Assembly (NCBI GenBank): GCA_002307015.1 | Contig: DBTK01000106.1 | Coordinates: 1,647 to 65,646 of the forward strand | Source: Spirochaetaceae bacterium UBA1318 | Lineage (GTDB): Bacteria > Spirochaetota > Spirochaetia > Treponematales > UBA1318 | Reading direction: 5' to 3' | Length of the DNA: 64,000 nt | In this document: one piece after another, positions 57,716 to 64,000 of the stretch | Layout of the letters: the number at the start of each line of letters is the position of its first letter | How positions within the stretch are numbered: position 1 is the first letter of the stretch | Made by a program: the position numbers and the translations under genes | Notes under the pieces: model-generated | The model's database searches: none | Seen by the model: the letters and a program-made list of their open reading frames with translations, nothing else | Told to the model about the DNA's origin: nothing

Positions 57716-58480
57716 TCAGTCGTACTCGACGGAAACGAGGCAGAGCCCCCTGGCTTCCGCGATGCCGGGGGCGGCTGCCCTATCACGCCTTTCCATGATT
57801 CCGGCTATGGCCGCCTGATCGAGCCTCCCCTTCCCCGCCTCGATCAGGGCGGAGGACATGATCCTCACCTGGTTCCAGAGAAAGCCGTCGGCGTTGAAGA
57901 GGATGTCGATCACCCCGTCCCCCTCATCCACCCGGATGGAGCGAATCGTCCGCTGGCAGGACTTGTCCTTCTCCTTGAGGGTCGTGAACGAGCGGAAATC
58001 GTGGCCGCCAATGAGGGCCTTGGACGCGGCCCTCATCGAGGCGAGGTCCAGGGGCTCGGGCACCCAGAGGGCGTACTTCCAGAGGAAGGGATCCCTGACG
58101 GGACGGTTCACGATGCGGTAGCGGTAGGTTTTCCCCGTCGCGGCGAACCGCGCGTGGAACCGGGAATCGGCCTCGAGGCAGGAAAGGACGACGATGTCGT
58201 CGGGAAGGAAGGCGTTCGCCTGGACCTGGATGTCGCCGGGAGCCATGGGGGATGAGGTGAGGAAATTGGCGACCTGGCCCTCGGCGTGGACCCCGCCGTC
58301 GGTGCGGCCGGCGCCGATGATTTTGATCTCCTCCTCGAGGAGACGGGAGAGCACCGTCTCGAGCTTACCCTGGATGGTCGGCTCGTCCCCGCCGAGGCGC
58401 TGCCAGCCCCGGTACCGGCTTCCGTCGTAGGCGACCGTCATCCTGAGGTTTCGGTCCAGGGGAAGCCGGTCTCCGGTCAC
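57716..58480 (-). CDS. truA: tRNA pseudouridine(38-40) synthase
   Basis: YDGSRYRGWQ, GAGRTDGGVHA, FHARF, GFLWNQVR; GTG overlaps the psuG stop. Confidence 0.93.
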   Translation of the reverse strand: MTGDRLPLDRNLRMTVAYDGSRYRGWQRLGGDEPTIQGKLETVLSRLLEEEIKIIGAGRTDGGVHAEGQVANFLTSSPMAPGDIQVQANAFLPDDIVVLSCLEADSRFHARFAATGKTYRYRIVNRPVRDPFLWKYALWVPEPLDLASMRAASKALIGGHDFRSFTTLKEKDKSCQRTIRSIRVDEGDGVIDILFNADGFLWNQVRIMSSALIEAGKGRLDQAAIAGIMERRDRAAAPGIAEARGLCLVSVEYD

Positions 58481-59400
58481 GATCCGGCCATGGCGGAAAA
58501 GGCGACCGCGATGCGGGAGGCGAGGCGGGCGTTGTTGTAGACGAGCTCGATGTTCGATTCGAGGCTTTCGCCGCCGGTGATTTCCTTGATCTTCGCCAGG
58601 AGGAAGGGGGTGGTGGCCTTGCCCTTGATGCCCGCGGCCTTCGCCTCGGCGAGGGCCCGGTCGATGGCCGCGTTGATCACCGCGGGGTCCATCGAGTACT
58701 TTTCCGGTATCGGATTGGCGATGAGGGCGCCGCCCGAGAGCCCGAGGGCCCACTTCACGGAAAGGGCCCGGGCGATCTCCTCGGGGCTGTCGAGGCGGTA
58801 ATCGACCCCGAAACCGCTTTTCCTGGTGTAGAAGGCGGGGAGCTCCTCGGTGCCGTAGCCGATGACGGGGACCCCCCTCGTCTCGAGGTACTCGAGGGTC
58901 AGGCCGAGGTCCAGGATCGATTTCGCCCCGGCGCAGATGACGGCCACGTTCGTCTTCGCCAGCTCCTCGAGGTCGGCCGAGATGTCGAAGCTCTCCTGGG
59001 CGCCGCGGTGGACGCCGCCGACCCCGCCGGTCGCGAAGATCCTGATGCCGGCGAGGGCCGCCACGATCATGGTCGCGGCGACCGTCGTCGCGCCGTCCTT
59101 TCCCGCCGCGACGATGAAGGGAAGATCCCTCCTGCTCGCCTTGATCACCTCGGTTCCCCGCTTCCCGAGGAGCTCGATCTCCTCCCGGGATAGCCCCGCC
59201 TTGAGCCGGCCGCCGATGACGGCGATCGTCGCGGGGACCGCACCCGATTCGCGCACGATGGCTTCCACGGCGAGCGCCGTTTCGAGGTTCTGGGGATAGG
59301 GCATCCCGTGGGAAATGATCGTCGATTCGAGGGCCACGACGGGCTTTCCCGCCGCGAGGGCCTCGGCGACGTCGTCCTTGACATCCAGGTATTTGTTCAT
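58477..59400 (-). CDS. psuG: Pseudouridine-5'-phosphate glycosidase
   Basis: VALESTIISHGMPYPQN, KASRRD, ATGGVGGVHRG, DISADLEEL, TPFLL. Confidence 0.96.
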   Translation of the reverse strand: MNKYLDVKDDVAEALAAGKPVVALESTIISHGMPYPQNLETALAVEAIVRESGAVPATIAVIGGRLKAGLSREEIELLGKRGTEVIKASRRDLPFIVAAGKDGATTVAATMIVAALAGIRIFATGGVGGVHRGAQESFDISADLEELAKTNVAVICAGAKSILDLGLTLEYLETRGVPVIGYGTEELPAFYTRKSGFGVDYRLDSPEEIARALSVKWALGLSGGALIANPIPEKYSMDPAVINAAIDRALAEAKAAGIKGKATTPFLLAKIKEITGGESLESNIELVYNNARLASRIAVAFSAMAGS

Positions 59401-59409
59401 GCTGATCTC

Positions 59410-60351
59410 CTACTTCACGATTTGTTTGATGGCGAGAAATTCCGCGAGTCGGGCCCCGGAGAGGCAGGGATTCACGGCCGATCCGGTCTCCATGGCCAGG
59501 GCCGCAAGGGCGAGGGAAACCCTGGCGGTTTCGGCGAGATCGAGGCCGTGGAAAACCCCGTAGGCGATGCCCGCGGTGAAGGCGTCCCCCGCGCCCGTCG
59601 TGTCCGCTATCCCGACCTCGGGGGCAGGGAAGAATCCGGCCTCTCCCGCCGAGTCTGAGCAGTAAACCCCGTCGGCGCCGAGGCTGATGAATACCCAATG
59701 AATGCCCCTGCCGTGCAGGGCGGCCGAAGCCCGTTCGAGGTCCTCCGGGCCTTGCACCGGGAATCCGCAGAGGATGCCCGCCTCCTCACGGTTCGGCTTC
59801 ACCGCGCGAAGGAACGGGAGTGCGCCTAAAGTCCTCGCGGCCTTGGTTTCCGACACGGGATCGAGAACGATCGGTATCCGCGAGAAGCGCCGGGCGGCGT
59901 ACTCCATCGTTTCGGCCGGGAGGTTCGCGTCGATCACGATGCAGGATGCCCGGTCGATGGCTTCGGCCCATTCGTCGACGAGTGACGGGGTGATGGAGGC
60001 GCAGATGTCCATGGCCGCGATGGCGGCCTCGGTCTCGCCCCCCTCGTCATGGATGGCGATGTAGGCGCAGGTGTCCGCTCCCGGGATGACGCGGAGGCCC
60101 GAAGCCTCCATCCCCTGGTCCCGGCAGAGGGAGGAAAGGGCCTTCCCGTCCGCGTCGTCCCCGACGACGGAAAAAAGGGAGACCGGGACCGAGAGCCGGC
60201 TGAGGGTTTCGGCGATGTTCCGCCCCACCCCTCCCGGCGAGAAGGTTACCCTTCCCGGCGAGGAATCGCCGCGAACGAGGCGTCCCGAGGGGAAGGCGAG
60301 GATATCCATGGTGATGCCGCCGATGACGGCGACGAATGGTTCATGTTTCAT
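59410..60351 (-). CDS. psuK: Pseudouridine kinase (PfkB family)
   Basis: GGVGRNIAE, DANL, DPVS, KPNREEA, DTTGAGDAF; adjacent to psuG. Confidence 0.8.
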   Translation of the reverse strand: MKHEPFVAVIGGITMDILAFPSGRLVRGDSSPGRVTFSPGGVGRNIAETLSRLSVPVSLFSVVGDDADGKALSSLCRDQGMEASGLRVIPGADTCAYIAIHDEGGETEAAIAAMDICASITPSLVDEWAEAIDRASCIVIDANLPAETMEYAARRFSRIPIVLDPVSETKAARTLGALPFLRAVKPNREEAGILCGFPVQGPEDLERASAALHGRGIHWVFISLGADGVYCSDSAGEAGFFPAPEVGIADTTGAGDAFTAGIAYGVFHGLDLAETARVSLALAALAMETGSAVNPCLSGARLAEFLAIKQIVK

Positions 60352-60358
60352 GGGCTTC

Positions 60359-60393
60359 AAAAAAAATGCCTTAAGAGATGAATCTTAAGGCAT
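60359..60393 (-). terminator. Intrinsic terminator after rpsU
   Basis: ATGCCTTAAGA-6nt-TCTTAAGGCAT stem plus poly-T on the minus strand. Confidence 0.85.
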
Positions 60394-60413
60394 CGATCGG
60401 CTACCGAAGCGCG

Positions 60414-60638
60414 TTACGCGTTCCTTGAGGAACTCGGGCTGTGCGAGCCCTTACCGCGGGTTTTCTTCATCAGCTTCCGCTGAAGAGCCTTGTTCTTGCG
60501 GTTCTTGACGGTGGACGGTTTTTCGAAATACTCCCGCTTTTTCCACTCGCGGATGATCCCTTCCTTTTCCACCATGCGCTTGAAGCGCTTGATCGCCTTT
60601 TCGAGGTTCTCGGAGTCCTCGACGACTATGTGAGCTAT
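60414..60638 (-). CDS. rpsU: 30S ribosomal protein bS21, probable ATA start
   Basis: [41 protein letters not shown]; GGAGGTGA SD 5 nt before ATA. Confidence 0.93.
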   Translation of the reverse strand: MAHIVVEDSENLEKAIKRFKRMVEKEGIIREWKKREYFEKPSTVKNRKNKALQRKLMKKTRGKGSHSPSSSRNA

Positions 60639-60654
60639 TGTACTCACCTCCCTC

Positions 60655-61752
60655 TTACGGAGTCCCGTTGGACGATTGTGCACCGGGGAGGGCCGGGGTG
60701 TCAAGCAGGGGGGAGGAGAGAAGGTCGTCCGGGTTGACCGCCACCCCCGAGACGAAGACGCCCCAATGGAGGTGGGGTCCCGTCGAGACCCCGGTCGAGC
60801 CGACGTGGCCGACGACGGTCCCCGCCAAAACGACATCCCCCTGGGCCACGGCGAGCGAGGTCATGTGCATGAGGATGGAAAAGACCCCGGGAAGGTGCTC
60901 GATCACGACGGTGTTCCCCGTCTCCTCCCGGTCCGCGGCGAGGACGACGAGGCCCGAGGCGGGGGCGAGAACCGGCGTTCCCGTCGGTTCGCCGAAATCG
61001 ATGCCGTAGTGGACGGAGCGCTCGCTCGTGCCGTCGGAGTAGGCGAAGAGCCGCCTGTCGCCGAAACCCGCGGTGCGCCGCTTCCCGGCGACGGGAAGGG
61101 AAAAGGGCCCCGAGGCGTAGACGGCGTTCGCGTCGAAGACCGAGATGAGCTCGTCGAGGGTTCGGGTCTCCGTCTCCTTCCGCTGCGTCGGAACGGCCCT
61201 CAGGGTCGAGAGCTCGGCCGAAAGCGGGATCTTCTCGAAGGGGAATTTCTTCGCCGTCACGTAGATCCGCCTGAGGAGGGAGCGGTGGCTGTCGGGCGCC
61301 ACCCAGGAAAGTTCGAGTTCGCACTCGCCCGGCAGCTTCGTCACCGGCACGCCGAGGAGGGCGGCGCTCTCGTACCGGCCGGAATGGTCGGGATCGGCGG
61401 GAAGGGCGAAGATCCTCGCGGACTGGAGCGCCGTGCCGTTCGGGGTTTTCAGGCAGATCGTCCCCTCGGTGATCGGATAGGCCGACCGGAGGTAGACGCG
61501 CACCGGGTCGCCAGGATGGACGCGGTCGGGAGCCGTGATCTCGATGCGGCCCGTGTCGACTGGAGCCTGAACCGCCTGAACCGCCGGAGCCGCGACGACC
61601 GGAACCGGGGCGGATGAATCGGCAGGCTCGGCCGCGAGGGGACAAAGGAAGGAGAGCAGGAGGAGGGAAAGGGCGAGCCGGACGGCTTTTTTTCCCGCCC
61701 GTCCGGACGGTAAACCCGAAACCGCGTCGGCCTCGGAGGAGCCCGTCCTCAT
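60655..61752 (-). CDS. M23 family metallo-endopeptidase, exported
   Basis: [29 protein letters not shown]; ATG overlaps the recJ stop. Confidence 0.9.
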   Translation of the reverse strand: MRTGSSEADAVSGLPSGRAGKKAVRLALSLLLLSFLCPLAAEPADSSAPVPVVAAPAVQAVQAPVDTGRIEITAPDRVHPGDPVRVYLRSAYPITEGTICLKTPNGTALQSARIFALPADPDHSGRYESAALLGVPVTKLPGECELELSWVAPDSHRSLLRRIYVTAKKFPFEKIPLSAELSTLRAVPTQRKETETRTLDELISVFDANAVYASGPFSLPVAGKRRTAGFGDRRLFAYSDGTSERSVHYGIDFGEPTGTPVLAPASGLVVLAADREETGNTVVIEHLPGVFSILMHMTSLAVAQGDVVLAGTVVGHVGSTGVSTGPHLHWGVFVSGVAVNPDDLLSSPLLDTPALPGAQSSNGTP

Positions 61753-63872
61753 TCCGACCGCCTCACGTCGGATACGGTGAGCTGGAGGGTTTCCGACCCG
61801 TTGTAGAAGTTCCGGCCCACCTGGAACACCGCGTCCACCTTGTCGTTCAGGGAAAAATCCCGTCCGACCCGGTCGGAGGCCTGCCAGAACACCGAGGGCC
61901 ACTTGTAGTGGCCGGCGTCCAGGGTCATGCGGACGTGCTTCACCTCCTTCTGGCCGACGAGGTCGAGGGTGATGACCTTGAGCCCGCGGGCGAGGAAGAG
62001 GAGCTGGCCGTTGTCCTCGCCGAAGGGCTCGAACCGGTCCACGAGCTTGATGAGGTCGGGGTTGAGGTAGGAAACGGGGAGCTCGGCGTCGACGGTGACG
62101 GATTCCTCGGCGTCGGCCGGGGCGAGCACGATCGACTTCGCGGTCTTCAGGACCCGTTCCTTGAGCGAGTCGAAGAGCTCCCGCTTCATGGAGAAGCCGG
62201 CCGCGAAGTCGTGGCCTCCGTAGTCCAGGAAGAGGTCCGAGCAGGTCTCGAGAAAGGGCCTCACGTCGAAGCCCCGGGTCGAGCGCATCGAGCCGACGGC
62301 CGTTCCGTCCTCGAGCAGGGAAACGACGACGGCCGGGACCTTGTAGTAGGTCACGAGGCGGGAGGCCATGATTCCGGTGATCCCGCGGTGGATCTCCTCA
62401 TCGCCGACGAAGACGAGCTTTTCCCCGAGGGCGGCGAAGCTCTCCTTCGCAGCGCCCTGGATCGAATCCCAGACATCGCTCCCGAGCTGCTTGCGCTCGG
62501 CGTTCAGGGCGACGAGCTTCCCGAGGCAGTCCGCCTGCTCCGCATCATCCTCGGCGAGGAAAAGTTTCAGGGCGAGCTCGGGCTTCCCCATGCGGCCGGC
62601 TGCGTTGATGATCGGGGTCACCTGCCAGGCGAGGTCTGACGGCACGAGGCGCCGCCCGAGGAGGTTCTGCTTGGCCAGAAGCTCCTGGAGCCCCCTGCGC
62701 GGGCTCGAGTTGATCCCCTCGAGCCCCTTGCGGATCAGGATCCGGTTCTCGTTGCGCAGCGGCATCAGGTCGGCGAGGGTCCCGAGGGCGACGAGCTGGA
62801 GGTCCTGGAGGTCGCGCTGGCCAAAGTACTTGTCCCGCTTCATGATGTAGGAGATGAAGAGGTTGATGAAGCTGTCGAGCTCCCCCGGGCCCTTGTCCCG
62901 GTAGCGGGCTATCCTGGAGGCGTCCTTCACCCTGAGGAGGCTCATCCCCTCGACCTGGGGTATAGCCTTCCAGATCTCGGGGGCGATGTCGAGCATGTTG
63001 ATCTCGATCGCGTCGCCGAAGAGCTTCCTGACCATCTTCTTCTGGGGGGAGGCGTCGTAGACCAGGATCTGCTGGCCCTGGAAGAACTTCGCGAGGCGAG
63101 TCTTGTCGAGCTCCACCATGCCGGGCACGAGGGTCTCGGTGAGCCTGCCGATCTCGACCATGTTGGAAAGCTTGACCGCCTCGAAGACGTAGGACTCGTT
63201 GGCGGGCCTTATGTTGAGAAGGCAGATCTGCTGCTTGTAGAAATCGCTCTGGGAGAATTTCAGCGCGCAGGCGAACTTGTAGGCGACGCCGCAGCCGGCG
63301 AGGTCGCGGAAGGGATAGCCAGAATCGGGCATCTTCGGGTTGACGATGGCGAGGGCCTTGGGCACCTCGTCCTGGGGGTTGTGGTGGTCGACCACGATCA
63401 CGTCGATGCCCAGCTCGGCGGCCCGGTCGATCTCCTTCACGTTGGATATCCCGCAATCCACCGTGACGATGAGGGTGCCCGAGTCCCTGGCGAATTCCTC
63501 GATGACGGGAATCGAGAGCCCGTAGGGCTCGTTCCCCGTCGGAAGGCGGTAGCGGACGTCGAGGCCGAGGTCCTTGAACGCGCCGAAGAGGAGGGCCGTC
63601 GAGGTGACACCGTCCGCGTCGCGGTCCCCGTAGATCATGACGATCTCGCCCTCGTCCTTGGCGGCGAGGACCCGGTCGACCGCATCCTCCATCGAGGAAA
63701 AGAGGAAGGGGGGATGGAGGTAGCGGGGATCGTCCTCGAGAAAGAAGCAGATGTCGTCGGGATTCAGGATGTCGCGCCGGGCGAGGACCGAGGCCGTGAG
63801 GAGGTCAATGCCGTAGCGCGTCGCCATGTCGCGGACGAGGGCCGTATCGATATCTTTTTTGAGCCATTTCAT
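61749..63872 (-). CDS. recJ: Single-stranded DNA exonuclease RecJ with internal insert
   Basis: GDRDADG, TVDCG, DHH, LAGCGVAYK, LGTLAD, INAAGR, GGHDFAAG, EPFGEDN. Confidence 0.95.
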   Translation of the reverse strand: MKWLKKDIDTALVRDMATRYGIDLLTASVLARRDILNPDDICFFLEDDPRYLHPPFLFSSMEDAVDRVLAAKDEGEIVMIYGDRDADGVTSTALLFGAFKDLGLDVRYRLPTGNEPYGLSIPVIEEFARDSGTLIVTVDCGISNVKEIDRAAELGIDVIVVDHHNPQDEVPKALAIVNPKMPDSGYPFRDLAGCGVAYKFACALKFSQSDFYKQQICLLNIRPANESYVFEAVKLSNMVEIGRLTETLVPGMVELDKTRLAKFFQGQQILVYDASPQKKMVRKLFGDAIEINMLDIAPEIWKAIPQVEGMSLLRVKDASRIARYRDKGPGELDSFINLFISYIMKRDKYFGQRDLQDLQLVALGTLADLMPLRNENRILIRKGLEGINSSPRRGLQELLAKQNLLGRRLVPSDLAWQVTPIINAAGRMGKPELALKLFLAEDDAEQADCLGKLVALNAERKQLGSDVWDSIQGAAKESFAALGEKLVFVGDEEIHRGITGIMASRLVTYYKVPAVVVSLLEDGTAVGSMRSTRGFDVRPFLETCSDLFLDYGGHDFAAGFSMKRELFDSLKERVLKTAKSIVLAPADAEESVTVDAELPVSYLNPDLIKLVDRFEPFGEDNGQLLFLARGLKVITLDLVGQKEVKHVRMTLDAGHYKWPSVFWQASDRVGRDFSLNDKVDAVFQVGRNFYNGSETLQLTVSDVRRSE

Positions 63873-64000
63873 AACGCGGAAATTTCCTTCAGGATGTGCT
63901 TGATCGGGTCGGGCTTTTCGGATCCGAAGGAGACGGCCTTCCTCGCCAGGTCCATGGCTCCCGCGAGGGCGGCCTCGTCCCGTGCGTAGAGGGTGCAGAC
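63869..64000 (-). CDS. C-terminus of a probable pyrimidine-nucleoside/thymidine phosphorylase (partial)
   Basis: VCTLYARDEAALAGAMDLARKAVSFGSEKPDPIKHILKEISAL*; TGA overlaps the recJ ATG; resembles the Pdp C-terminal domain. Confidence 0.5.
   Translation of the reverse strand, partial: VCTLYARDEAALAGAMDLARKAVSFGSEKPDPIKHILKEISAL

Noticed and set aside
1-64000. tRNA/rRNA genes, transposases, integrases, phage or defence genes
   Set aside because: None recognised by eye; a tRNAscan/Infernal/DefenseFinder run would be needed to exclude them fully

Overview
A GC-rich bacterial chromosome segment, most consistent with a free-living spirochaete (inferred from Treponema-like rpsU, RecJ with an internal insert, a DUF6657-like gene and a P-loop/Asp23 fusion). 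About 56 CDSs. Housekeeping blocks: RNA modification genes; prfA-prmC-rel; ndk-pepF; metY-metA; pdp-recJ-M23-rpsU-psuK-psuG-truA. Accessory blocks: (i) a tightly coupled four-gene envelope operon of unknown function at 9.8-16.4 kb (two DUF4230-like membrane proteins, one carrying an inserted glycine-zipper hairpin, a secreted orphan and a beta-propeller lipoprotein); (ii) a signalling island at 16.5-26.1 kb (two MCPs, PAS kinase, REC-HD-GYP, PAS-LuxR, a His-less kinase) with a repeated 26-bp upstream motif; (iii) a ribose/glycoside catabolic island at 34.7-46 kb; (iv) a sugar-type ABC transporter with an amidohydrolase and an argininosuccinate-lyase paralog at 46-51.6 kb. Features the ORF track does not show: a recurring TAnnnT-N6-ATG architecture suggesting leaderless mRNAs at six genes, a probable ATA start for rpsU behind a near-perfect Shine-Dalgarno, and an uncalled 57-aa four-cysteine protein heading the prfA-prmC-rel operon. 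I saw no rRNA, tRNA, CRISPR array or transposase. All family calls come from motif recognition by eye, not database searches.
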